Assembly: GCA_026224825.1 (NCBI GenBank) | Contig: JAMFRO010000093.1 | Location: 4,946 to 68,945 of the forward strand | Length of the DNA: 64,000 bases | Source of the DNA: a bacterium | Lineage (GTDB): Bacteria; Pseudomonadota; Alphaproteobacteria; Acetobacterales; Acetobacteraceae | Reading direction: 5' to 3' | Part shown: positions 17,494-26,021 of the stretch, piece after piece | How positions within the stretch are numbered: position 1 is the first letter of the stretch | How the letters are laid out: every line of letters starts with the position of its first letter | Notes under the pieces: generated by a model | Told to the model about the DNA's origin: nothing | What the model saw: only the letters and a program-made list of their open reading frames with translations | The model's database searches: none | Program-made: the position numbers and the translations under genes

Positions 17494-19905
17494 TTGAGGA
17501 AAATCTCACACGACTCGACTCGCGGCAGGGCTAAAGGCGCTTTCAGTTTCAGGCGGGTAATGGCCGTACTTCTTGGAGATTTGAGGCGCATCGCCTCCGG
17601 TGTTGCGGTGCCGCCGGAGCTGGCTGAGCGGTTGCAGTTCGACCAGGCGGGTGATTTCAGCTATATCATGAGCGCCATCTCATTTCTGGGAATCAGTACG
17701 GTCAGCCTGCTTGCCGTCGATTTTTACGGAAGTTCCGATGCGCTGTTCCGCGGGCTGGATATGGTGGCTATCCTCGCCAGTTATGCCTTAATCCTGGTGC
17801 GTTGCCGCTCATGGCTACAGGGAAGCAAGACGGCAGGTGGCGATGCGATGCGATATTTCGCAGGGATGATCCGGCTGTTGCTCATCCTGGGCTTTTTCTG
17901 GTCCGTGCTACTCATCATGTTGATGCGCGACCATAATGTTGGCCAACTTTGCCTGCTTTACGGTGTCATGGTCGGCTGCCTGGCAACACCGGTGATGGTG
18001 TCGCCAATGGCCTGCGCTTTCGCTTATTGGTTGCCCGTCGCGTTAGGCGTCTGTGTGGCCGGGTTTTTTGCGGGCACCATCGAGCGCTTTGCCCTCACCG
18101 AGCTTATGTCATTCATCGGGCTCACGGGCTTTTGTATCGTCTACCTTAACCGGCGCCTCAACGAGCGCGCCATCGGCGCCATCCGGCTGGAGGAGAATGC
18201 CGCGGTCATCAAGCTTTTGCTCCGCGATTTCGAGGAGAGCGCTTCGGACTGGCTGTGGGAGACCAATGATGAGCTGCGGCTGGCACCTGTGAGCCAACGC
18301 CTGGCGCAGGTGGCGCGCCGCCCGGTGGAGAGTTTCTCAGGCACCTTCCCCGCGGCATTGCTGGGGGACACCGGCCAGGAGAACAGGCCCGGTACGGCCC
18401 CAGGCCTGGCGTGGGGCCGGCTGAACCGTGCCATCGCCGAGCGCTCGCCCTTCCGCGATATCGTGGTGCCGGTGCAGGTCGCCGGCGAGGAGCGCTTCTG
18501 GTCCATCACCGGCAAGCCTATCCTGGACAAGAAGGGCAGGTTTGCCGGCTATCACGGGGTGGGGTCGGACATCACAGGCCAGCGCCGCCAGCAGGAGCAG
18601 ATCTCCTTCCTCGCCCGGCACGACAGCCTGACCAAGCTCGCCAACCGCGTGCTGTTTTCCGAAACCCTGCATCAGGTCTGCGACAATTGCGAGGCCACGG
18701 GGATCGCGCTGCTCTGCCTCGACCTCGATAATTTCAAAACCGTCAACGACACTCTGGGCCATGCCACGGGCGATGCCGTGCTGGTGGCGGTGGCCGAGCG
18801 CATTCGCGGCTCCATCCGCGAGCTGGATATGGCGGCACGGCTGGGCGGCGACGAATTCGCCGTGATCGTGGTGACCGAGGAGGTCGAGGAGGCCGTGCAT
18901 GTGGCGCGGCGCATCATCGAGCGCATCGCCCGGCCGTTCCATTTCGATGGCCAGCTCGTTCAAATAGGCATGAGTGTCGGCATCACCATGGCCCCGGCCG
19001 ACGGCAAAACGCCCGCCGTGCTGCTGAAGAACGCGGACCTCGCCCTGTACCGCGCCAAGACCGAGGGGCGCGGTGTGGCCCGGTTGTACGATCCCGAGAT
19101 GGATGAGCGCGTGCAGGAGCGGCGCATATTGCAGGCGGCCTTGCGCCGGGCCGTGGCGCGGGGGGAATTCGTGCTGCACTACCAGCCGGTTATCGACCTG
19201 CCCACCGGGCGTATCACCGGGGCCGAGGCGCTCATCCGCTGGCAGCACCCGGAGCGCGGCCTGCTGGCGCCGGGCGAGTTCATCGGCATGGCCGAGGAGA
19301 CCGGGCTGATCGTGGAGATCGGCGAATGGGTGCTGCGCGAGGCCTGCGCCCGCGCCGCCGCCTGGCCGGTGCCGGTGAGCATCGCCGTAAACCTCTCGCC
19401 GCTGCAATTGCGTGAGGATACGCTGGTGGCAACCGTGGCCGAGATATTGGAAACCTCCGGGCTGGCGGCCTCGCGGCTGGAGCTGGAGATCGTCGAATCC
19501 GTGATGCTCGACCATACCGCCCAGACCGAGGAGGCGTTGTGGAGCCTGCATGAGCGCGGCGTGCGAATCGCCCTCGACGATTTTGGCACAGGCTATTCCT
19601 CGCTCTCCTATCTGCGCCGCTTCCCCTTCGACAAGATCAAGATCGACCGCTCCTTCATCCGTGACCTAGGCTATGAGAAGGACGACAGCTCGATCATCCT
19701 GGCCATCATCGGCCTGGCTGAGCGCATGAATATGGTGGTGACGGCCGAGGGTGTGGAGAACACCGAGCAGGCCGGGCTGCTGCTCTCTTATGGCTGTGCC
19801 CAGGCGCAGGGCTATCTGTTCCATCGGCCGCTGCAGGAGGAGGTGTTCATCCAACTGCTCCTCAAGGTGCAGGCCGCGCAGGAGAGCCCCGCCGCCGCCC
19901 AATGA
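17494..19905 (+). CDS. membrane-bound PAS-GGDEF-EAL c-di-GMP turnover protein
   Basis: About 6 N-terminal TM helices, a PAS-like region, an intact GGDEF (RLGGDEFAV), and EAL signatures (EALIRW, DDFGTGYSSLSYL, KIDRSF). The ORF-track start is TTG and the true start is uncertain. Confidence 0.85.
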   Translation: MRKISHDSTRGRAKGAFSFRRVMAVLLGDLRRIASGVAVPPELAERLQFDQAGDFSYIMSAISFLGISTVSLLAVDFYGSSDALFRGLDMVAILASYALILVRCRSWLQGSKTAGGDAMRYFAGMIRLLLILGFFWSVLLIMLMRDHNVGQLCLLYGVMVGCLATPVMVSPMACAFAYWLPVALGVCVAGFFAGTIERFALTELMSFIGLTGFCIVYLNRRLNERAIGAIRLEENAAVIKLLLRDFEESASDWLWETNDELRLAPVSQRLAQVARRPVESFSGTFPAALLGDTGQENRPGTAPGLAWGRLNRAIAERSPFRDIVVPVQVAGEERFWSITGKPILDKKGRFAGYHGVGSDITGQRRQQEQISFLARHDSLTKLANRVLFSETLHQVCDNCEATGIALLCLDLDNFKTVNDTLGHATGDAVLVAVAERIRGSIRELDMAARLGGDEFAVIVVTEEVEEAVHVARRIIERIARPFHFDGQLVQIGMSVGITMAPADGKTPAVLLKNADLALYRAKTEGRGVARLYDPEMDERVQERRILQAALRRAVARGEFVLHYQPVIDLPTGRITGAEALIRWQHPERGLLAPGEFIGMAEETGLIVEIGEWVLREACARAAAWPVPVSIAVNLSPLQLREDTLVATVAEILETSGLAASRLELEIVESVMLDHTAQTEEALWSLHERGVRIALDDFGTGYSSLSYLRRFPFDKIKIDRSFIRDLGYEKDDSSIILAIIGLAERMNMVVTAEGVENTEQAGLLLSYGCAQAQGYLFHRPLQEEVFIQLLLKVQAAQESPAAAQ

Positions 19906-19914
19906 GAGGCAAAC

Positions 19915-19942
19915 AAAAAGCCCGGCACAAGCCGGGCTTTTG
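19915..19942. terminator. bidirectional intrinsic terminator between the GGDEF-EAL gene and rpmJ
   Basis: aaaaaGCCCGGCacaaGCCGGGCttttg: a 7-bp GC stem flanked by an A-run and a T-run, lying between convergent stops. Confidence 0.7.
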
Positions 19943-19966
19943 TAGAAACGCGAAAGAAGACCGCAA

Positions 19967-20092
19967 TTAGCCCTGGCGGGCCTTCATGCGGGGGTTCTTC
20001 TTGTTGATCACGTACACCCGGCCATGGCGGCGGACGACGCGGCAGTTCTTGTCGCGGGTTTTCGCGGATTTCAGGGAGTTACGGATCTTCAT
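19967..20092 (-). CDS. rpmJ: 50S ribosomal protein L36
   Basis: [41 protein letters not shown] (41 aa), which is the internal Met of the 88-aa ORF. Confidence 0.9.
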   Translation of the reverse strand: MKIRNSLKSAKTRDKNCRVVRRHGRVYVINKKNPRMKARQG

Positions 20093-20326
20093 CACAGCTC
20101 TCGGCAAAAGTGGTTTAAAGCAGTGGCGGGGTATGCCGCCCCCGCGCTGCCCTGTCAACCTCCGCCGGAGCAGCGCGAGCCCGCCACAAGTGCCGCGCCA
20201 AAAATCCCAGCCATGCCGCAGGCTTTTGGCCAACTGTCATTGAATGGTCATTCGATTAAAGCACGCAACCCCTGTTGATAGGGCGGCTAAGAGACTAATG
20301 CCCCGAGTCGTCTGGAGTTTGCCTAT

Positions 20327-21100
20327 ATGAAAATCAGCTTCGTCGTCCCCGCCTATAATGAGCAGGTCCTGCTGCCCCGCTCCCTGCAAGCCATACGCGA
20401 TGAAATCGCGCGCGCTGGCCAGGTTCTGGGGCAGGATGCCGAGATCATCGTGGTGAACAATGCCAGTACGGACAACACGCGCGAGGTTGCATCCTCCATC
20501 GAGGGCGTGCGGGTGGTGGACGAACCCCGCAAGGGGCTGGTGCAGGCGCGCTGGTGCGGTTTCGCCCACTCCACCGGCGATCTCATCGCCAATATCGATG
20601 CCGATACCATCATCCCCCCCGGCTGGCTCACCGAGGTGCTGCGCCAGTTCGCGCGCACCCCCAAGCTGGTCGGTCTGTCCGGGCCATACGAATATTACGG
20701 CGTGCCGAAGCGGGTGAACCTGGTCGTCGGCGCCTATTACCACGCCGCCTGGCTGGCCTATGTCATCAACCACTACCTGCTCAACGTCGGCGCCATGCTC
20801 CAGGGCGGCAATTTCGTGGTCAAACGCGAGGCCATGCTGAAACTCGGCAACCCGGACCTGCGCTTCTCCTTCTATGGCGAAGACACCGACATGGCCAACC
20901 GCCTCTCCAAGGTCGGCCGCGTCATCTTCACCTTCCGCCTGCCAGCCCAATCCTCCGGCCGCCGCCTGGTCGGCGAAGGCGTGTTCACCATCGGCCTGCG
21001 CTACACCATGAACTTCATCTGGGCCACCTTCCGCAAACGCCCGTTCACCGAAGAATGGCAAGACATCCGCGAAGAGCCGGTTAAGGGCGGGGTGGTTTAA
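20327..21100 (+). CDS. glycosyltransferase family 2
   Basis: MKISFVVPAYNEQ start, NNASTDNT, and DAD motif (IANIDADTI). The last roughly 8 codons lie inside the terminal inverted repeat of element A. Confidence 0.8.
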   Translation: MKISFVVPAYNEQVLLPRSLQAIRDEIARAGQVLGQDAEIIVVNNASTDNTREVASSIEGVRVVDEPRKGLVQARWCGFAHSTGDLIANIDADTIIPPGWLTEVLRQFARTPKLVGLSGPYEYYGVPKRVNLVVGAYYHAAWLAYVINHYLLNVGAMLQGGNFVVKREAMLKLGNPDLRFSFYGEDTDMANRLSKVGRVIFTFRLPAQSSGRRLVGEGVFTIGLRYTMNFIWATFRKRPFTEEWQDIREEPVKGGVV

Positions 21101-21103
21101 AGG

Positions 21104-21125
21104 AAAAAGGCTGGGGCTCCGCCCC
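21104..21125 (-). terminator. candidate intrinsic terminator at the left end of element A (reads on the minus strand)
   Basis: Minus strand reads ggggcggagcccc followed by agccTTTTTcc. Confidence 0.4.
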
Positions 21126-21299
21126 TGACCCCGCTGGGGCCGCAGGCCCCAGACCCCTAGACTTTAAGGATATGAGAGAGGGGGGAATGCGCCCCATAGG
21201 TTTGTGAACATTGTTCACAAACCTATGGGGCGCATTCCCCCCTCTCTCATATCCTTTTAAAAGCTAATGGGGGTCCGGGGCCTGCGGCCCCGGCGGGTC

Positions 21300-21322
21300 C
21301 AGGGCAGAGCCCTGGCCTTTTT
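21300..21322 (+). terminator. candidate intrinsic terminator at the right end of element A
   Basis: cagggcagagccctg followed by gccTTTTTcc. Confidence 0.4.
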
Positions 21323-21341
21323 CCTTTAAACCACCCCGCCC

Positions 21342-22427
21342 CTAACCAGCTTTGCGCGGTTGTGCCTTGGGTTCGGCGACGGTCCATGCGGGGGTGGATT
21401 GGAGGGCTGGGCGGGCGGCGAGCCGGCTGGTTACGAACCACCAGCGGAAGAGCAGGTTTTCCAGCAATGTGCGGCGGCGGAAGCGCGGGCAGCGCAGGGC
21501 TGCGAGTTTGGCGCTGAGCCCGCCTTGCAGCCCGGCCTGCACCAGGCGCAGGTCTTGGCGTGCCTGTGGGGTCAGGCGCCCGGCCTGCTCCTCCAGCATA
21601 TCGGCATGGCGGTGCATCATGGTCATGTACACCATCGGCCCGCGCTGCAGTGCCGCCAGCGCGCGGAGGTGCAGCGGCTGGGCTCGGCCGATGAGGTTAT
21701 GCTTATGCAGCCGGTACAGTACCTGCGGCCGCTCATCGAATATTATGCGCCCGCCGCAGGCGGCGACCACGATATAGCTCCACCAATCATGCACGCTGCC
21801 GGCGGGATAGCCTGAAGTGGCCACCAGAGCGGCGGCGGTGGCGTTCATCACCAGCGTGTTGCCATTGGCGATATTCTGCGTCAGGCAGGCCGGAAACCCC
21901 GGCTGGTGGTCGTGCAGAATGGACAGATGCGCGCCGCCCAGATTCTCATCCACCAGATATTGCCGGGCGCAGTACAGCGCCGGCGCCTCACCGGCAGCTT
22001 CCAGCAGGGTAACGGCGTTGTCGAGTTTTTCCGGCAACCAGACATCGTCCTGATCGGCGAAAGCCACGGCCTCGGTGCCCAGCGTTTCGGACAGAAGGGC
22101 GAGAAAACTGCGTGCGGCCCCCAGATGCGGGCCGGAGGAGGTGGATTTAATGCAGCGCTGCGCCCCGATTTTCAGCGCAAAATCCCCCATGATGCTCAGC
22201 GTCTCGTCGGTCGAGCCATCGTCGCGCCAGTGCAGCACCCAGTTCTCATGGGTCTGCGCCAGAAAACTGTTCAACTGGGCATGCAGGAAGCGTTCGCCAT
22301 TATAGGTGGAGAGCAGAATGGCGACGGTGGTCGCCGGATGATGGGGCACGACCGGCAGCATCAACAGCAGCCCGCTGGCACGGCGCCGGGCGGGTGTCCG
22401 GCCGTGGACAGAAGGCGAAGCTGACAA
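21342..22427 (-). CDS. glycosyltransferase family 2 (rhamnosyltransferase-like)
   Basis: VAILLSTYNGERFLHAQLNSFLAQTHENWVLHWRDDGSTDET and ADQDDVW (DxD). The start may be the internal MLPVVPHH. Confidence 0.8.
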   Translation of the reverse strand: MSASPSVHGRTPARRRASGLLLMLPVVPHHPATTVAILLSTYNGERFLHAQLNSFLAQTHENWVLHWRDDGSTDETLSIMGDFALKIGAQRCIKSTSSGPHLGAARSFLALLSETLGTEAVAFADQDDVWLPEKLDNAVTLLEAAGEAPALYCARQYLVDENLGGAHLSILHDHQPGFPACLTQNIANGNTLVMNATAAALVATSGYPAGSVHDWWSYIVVAACGGRIIFDERPQVLYRLHKHNLIGRAQPLHLRALAALQRGPMVYMTMMHRHADMLEEQAGRLTPQARQDLRLVQAGLQGGLSAKLAALRCPRFRRRTLLENLLFRWWFVTSRLAARPALQSTPAWTVAEPKAQPRKAG

Positions 22428-22592
22428 ACCATGCGCTGCATCATGTCCTTATCATTGCTGCACCTGCACAAAGCTATAGAGGGCAGGGAGTGGCTCTGGC
22501 AATCAGTTTGCCGCAATTGGGCCTCGCCGGGATAGGTTTATTTTACGGCAAACCGCTCAACTTACACGATTTTCATAAAGCCTATGCAATGT

Positions 22593-23486
22593 TTACGCTG
22601 AAGGACCGAGCGCCAACAGCCCCTGCACGATGGCTGGCAGGCTGTCCTGCCAGTCCGGCAGGGTCACGCCGAACACTGCTGTGAGCTTTGCCCCATCGAG
22701 CCGGGAGTCCGGCGGGCGGCGGGTGGGGGTGGGGTATTCCGGGGTGGTGATGGGCTTTACCTCGGGTGCGGCATAGCCGGTTTTGGCGGCTTGCGCGAAG
22801 ATGGCGCTGGCGAAACCATGCCATGTCGTCTCCCCGGCGCCGGTGGCGTGGAAGATGCCGCGATATGCCGGCTGCCAACCCGTGGCGCGGATTTTGGCGG
22901 CGATGGCGAGGATGGCAGCGGCCAGATCCTGTGCCGCGGTCGGCGTGCCGCGCTGGTCCGCCACCACGCGGAGCACCGGCAGTTTGCGCCCGGCGGTTAG
23001 CATGGTGCGGGCGAAATTCTTGCCGTGTGCTGCGTAAACCCAGGCGGTGCGCAGGATGATCGCCTGCGCCCCCGTCGCCAGTATCGCCTCTTCGCCGTCG
23101 CGTTTGGTGGCGCCGTACACGCCGGTCGGCCCGGTCGGGTCGGTCTCAACGTACGGCGCGCCCTTGTTGCCGTCGAACACGTAATCGGTCGAGACATGGA
23201 TGAAGGGGATGCCTGCGTCCTCGCAGAGCTTGGCCAGCGCCAGCGGCCCGGTGTGGTTGCCTGCCGTGGCGGCTGCCACATCGCTCTCGGCTCTATCCAC
23301 CGCCGTATAGGCGGCGGCGTTGATGACCAGATCCGGTTTGGCTGCGTGGAAAATGGCGGCAATCGTCTCCGGCCGCTCGAAATCGAATTCCGGCCGCGCC
23401 ACGGCCTTAAAGGGAATGCCCTGTAGCGTGCAGAGTTTTACCAGCGCATCGCCCAATTGGCCGGAGCCGCCCGTGATCAGGATCAT
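22593..23486 (-). CDS. rfbD: dTDP-4-dehydrorhamnose reductase
   Basis: MILITGGSGQLG, YTAVDRAE and STDYVFDG motifs. ATGA overlap with rfbC. Confidence 0.9.
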   Translation of the reverse strand: MILITGGSGQLGDALVKLCTLQGIPFKAVARPEFDFERPETIAAIFHAAKPDLVINAAAYTAVDRAESDVAAATAGNHTGPLALAKLCEDAGIPFIHVSTDYVFDGNKGAPYVETDPTGPTGVYGATKRDGEEAILATGAQAIILRTAWVYAAHGKNFARTMLTAGRKLPVLRVVADQRGTPTAAQDLAAAILAIAAKIRATGWQPAYRGIFHATGAGETTWHGFASAIFAQAAKTGYAAPEVKPITTPEYPTPTRRPPDSRLDGAKLTAVFGVTLPDWQDSLPAIVQGLLALGPSA

Positions 23487-24043
23487 GAATAGGTGAACCA
23501 GGTTTCAGAGGGGTTGAACGCCGGCGCCACTTTATCCTTGTCGGAAAGTTTTGCCCCCCCCGGCGCTACCGGCCAGGGCAGCGCCAGGGTTGGGTCATCC
23601 CACACCACGGCGCGCTCGGCTTCCTTATTGTACCCGGAGGTGACCTTATAAATCACCTCGGTATCCGGCACCAAGGTGCAGAACCCATGCAGAAACCCGC
23701 CTGGAACCCAGATCTGCTTCCAGTTGTCTTCCGTAATCTCGGCCGCCACCCATTTGCCGAAGGTGGGCGAGCCCTTACGGATATCCACCGCCACATCCCA
23801 GATAGCACCCTTCACCACCCGCACGAGCTTGCCCTGTACGGCCGGCGCCAACTGGCAATGCAGGCCCCGGATTGTGCCCACATCAGCGGAAAAACTATGG
23901 TTGTCCTGCACGAAATGCTCGTTGAACCCGGCAGAAGCGAGCTTGCCCTCATTCCAGGTCTCGGAGAAAAACCCTCGCGAATCCCCGAATTTCGCCGGGG
24001 TGATCAGCAGCACTTCCGGAATGTCGAGTTTCTCGATCTGCAT
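23483..24043 (-). CDS. rfbC: dTDP-4-dehydrorhamnose 3,5-epimerase
   Basis: FGDSRGFFSETW, QDNHSFS, RGLHCQ and GFLHGF signature blocks. 186 aa. Confidence 0.9.
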   Translation of the reverse strand: MQIEKLDIPEVLLITPAKFGDSRGFFSETWNEGKLASAGFNEHFVQDNHSFSADVGTIRGLHCQLAPAVQGKLVRVVKGAIWDVAVDIRKGSPTFGKWVAAEITEDNWKQIWVPGGFLHGFCTLVPDTEVIYKVTSGYNKEAERAVVWDDPTLALPWPVAPGGAKLSDKDKVAPAFNPSETWFTYS

Positions 24044-24924
24044 TACACATGCACCCCTTCGGCGATATCATGGAGAATACGCCCCAATTCGGTCTTGCTG
24101 ATCAGCGATGCCCGCGCCTTCAACTGCGCCTTGTCGATCAACCCCATGCGGAACGCCGCCTCTTCCGGGCTGCCGACGAGGTTGCCCTGCCGGTCCTGGA
24201 TGGTCTGCACGAAGGTTGCCGCCTGCAGCAGGCTGTCCGGCGTGCCGGCGTCGAGCCACGCCGTGCCGCGCCCCAGCCGCTCCACATGCAACGTGCCCTC
24301 ATGCAGATAGAGCTGGTTCAGATCCGTGATCTCCAGCTCCCCGCGCGGCGAAGGTTTGATCTTCTTGGCCAGCTCGACCACGCGGTTGTCGTAGAAATAC
24401 AGGCCGGTCACCGCCCAGGGCGAGGTGGGGTGCGTCGGCTTTTCGACGATCTCGATGGCCTTGCCATCAACATCGAAGCTGACCACGCCATAACGCTCGG
24501 GGTCGCGCACCTGATAGGCGAACACGGTGGCACCCTCAGGCCGTGCCGCGGCGGCGCGCAGCAGCGTGGAGAGATGGTCGCCATGGATGAGGTTGTCGCC
24601 AAGCGCCAGCGCACAGGCCTCGCCATCGATCCAGGTCTCGCCGATGAGAAACGCCTGCGCCAGCCCATCGGGGCTCGGCTGCTCGGCATAGGTGATGCGG
24701 ATGCCGAGATGCGAACCGTCGTGAAACAGGCGCTGGAACTGCGGCAGATCCTGCGGCGTGGAGATGATCAGCACCTCGGTGATACCCGCCAGCAGCAGTG
24801 TGCTGAGCGGGTAATAGATCATCGGCTTGTCATACACCGGCAGCAATTGCTTGGAGCTGGCCTGGGTGATGGGATGCAGCCGCGTGCCCGAACCGCCGGC
24901 CAGAATAATGCCCTTCTTAATCAC
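24043..24924 (-). CDS. rfbA: glucose-1-phosphate thymidylyltransferase
   Basis: [17 protein letters not shown] with [14 protein letters not shown] start at 24924, preceded by GGAG and overlapping the rfbB stop (GTGA). Confidence 0.9.
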   Translation of the reverse strand: MIKKGIILAGGSGTRLHPITQASSKQLLPVYDKPMIYYPLSTLLLAGITEVLIISTPQDLPQFQRLFHDGSHLGIRITYAEQPSPDGLAQAFLIGETWIDGEACALALGDNLIHGDHLSTLLRAAAARPEGATVFAYQVRDPERYGVVSFDVDGKAIEIVEKPTHPTSPWAVTGLYFYDNRVVELAKKIKPSPRGELEITDLNQLYLHEGTLHVERLGRGTAWLDAGTPDSLLQAATFVQTIQDRQGNLVGSPEEAAFRMGLIDKAQLKARASLISKTELGRILHDIAEGVHV

Positions 24925-25976
24925 GCTTTTGCTCCTCCGAGACGCTGCCCGGCATATGTCTTGTCCTGTATCCCGCGCCACCAGGATTCGTTATCCAGAT
25001 ACCATTGCGCCGTCACCGCCAGGCCGCGCTCGAAATCATGCGCCGCCTCCCAATGCAGCTCTTTCTCCGCCGTGGTCGGGTCGATCTCATAGCGATGATC
25101 ATGGCCGGGCCGGTCGGTGACATAGGTGATCAACCGCTCGCGCGCGCCCGCCGCACTGGGGCGTTTCGCATCGACAATGGCGCAGATCGCCTTCACCACA
25201 TCGATGTTCTTGCGCGGCTGGCGGGCGCCGATGCAATAGGTATCGCCCGGCACGCCGCAGGTGAGCACCTTCAGCAGCGCCACGGCATGGTCATCCACAA
25301 ACAGCCAGTCACGCGTGTTCACCCCGGCACCGTACACGGGCAAAGGTTTCTCATCGATGGCGTTGATCAGCATCAGCGGGATCAATTTTTCGGGAAATTG
25401 CCATTTGCCATAATTGTTAGTGGTGTTGGAGACGATGACCGGCAGGCCGTAGGTATGCATCCAGGCCCGTGCCAGATGATCGGACGCGGCCTTGCTCGCG
25501 GAATACGGGCTGCGCGGATCATAGGGCGTGTATTCGTTGAAGGCCGGATCGTCATCCTCCAGCGCGCCGAAAACCTCATCGGTGGAGATGTGATGGAAGC
25601 GGAAATTCTCACGCTTCTCGCCGGACAGCGTGGCGAAATATTCCCGCGCGGCCTCCAGCATGATGAACGTGCCGGTGACGTTGGTGTGCACGAACTCAGC
25701 CGGCCCATCGATCGAGCGGTCCACATGGCTTTCCGCCGCCAGATGCATCACCGCATCGGGCTGGTGCGCCGCAAACGCCGCGCGTATGGCGGGCAGGTCA
25801 CAGATATCGGCCCGCACCAGCGTATGGCGCGGGTTGGTGAACGCGTCTTCCAGCGCCTCGGTGGAGGCGGCATAGGTCATCTTGTCGATATTGGCGATTT
25901 CATGCCCGTGGCGGATGGCATGGCGGACCACCGCCGAGCCGATAAAGCCGCACCCGCCGGTGAGTAGAATTTTCAT
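24921..25976 (-). CDS. rfbB: dTDP-glucose 4,6-dehydratase
   Basis: [19 protein letters not shown], and [11 protein letters not shown] (YxxxK). Start trimmed to MKILL. Confidence 0.9.
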   Translation of the reverse strand: MKILLTGGCGFIGSAVVRHAIRHGHEIANIDKMTYAASTEALEDAFTNPRHTLVRADICDLPAIRAAFAAHQPDAVMHLAAESHVDRSIDGPAEFVHTNVTGTFIMLEAAREYFATLSGEKRENFRFHHISTDEVFGALEDDDPAFNEYTPYDPRSPYSASKAASDHLARAWMHTYGLPVIVSNTTNNYGKWQFPEKLIPLMLINAIDEKPLPVYGAGVNTRDWLFVDDHAVALLKVLTCGVPGDTYCIGARQPRKNIDVVKAICAIVDAKRPSAAGARERLITYVTDRPGHDHRYEIDPTTAEKELHWEAAHDFERGLAVTAQWYLDNESWWRGIQDKTYAGQRLGGAKA

Positions 25977-26021
25977 AAGTCCGCCCTGTAAAGTGAGATA
26001 ATTCCAGCCGGGGCTGTTCAA

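Larger units (their letters stand above)
21075..21350. repeat. palindromic mosaic element, copy A (outer alpha/beta modules plus core type 1)
   Basis: Core is a perfect 45-bp inverted repeat, 21166..21210 / 21212..21256, around a single central T (checked base by base). Outer arms 21098..21165 / 21257..21324 are imperfectly inverted. The outermost 24 nt, [24 protein letters not shown], are inverted into both flanking genes. Confidence 0.9.
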
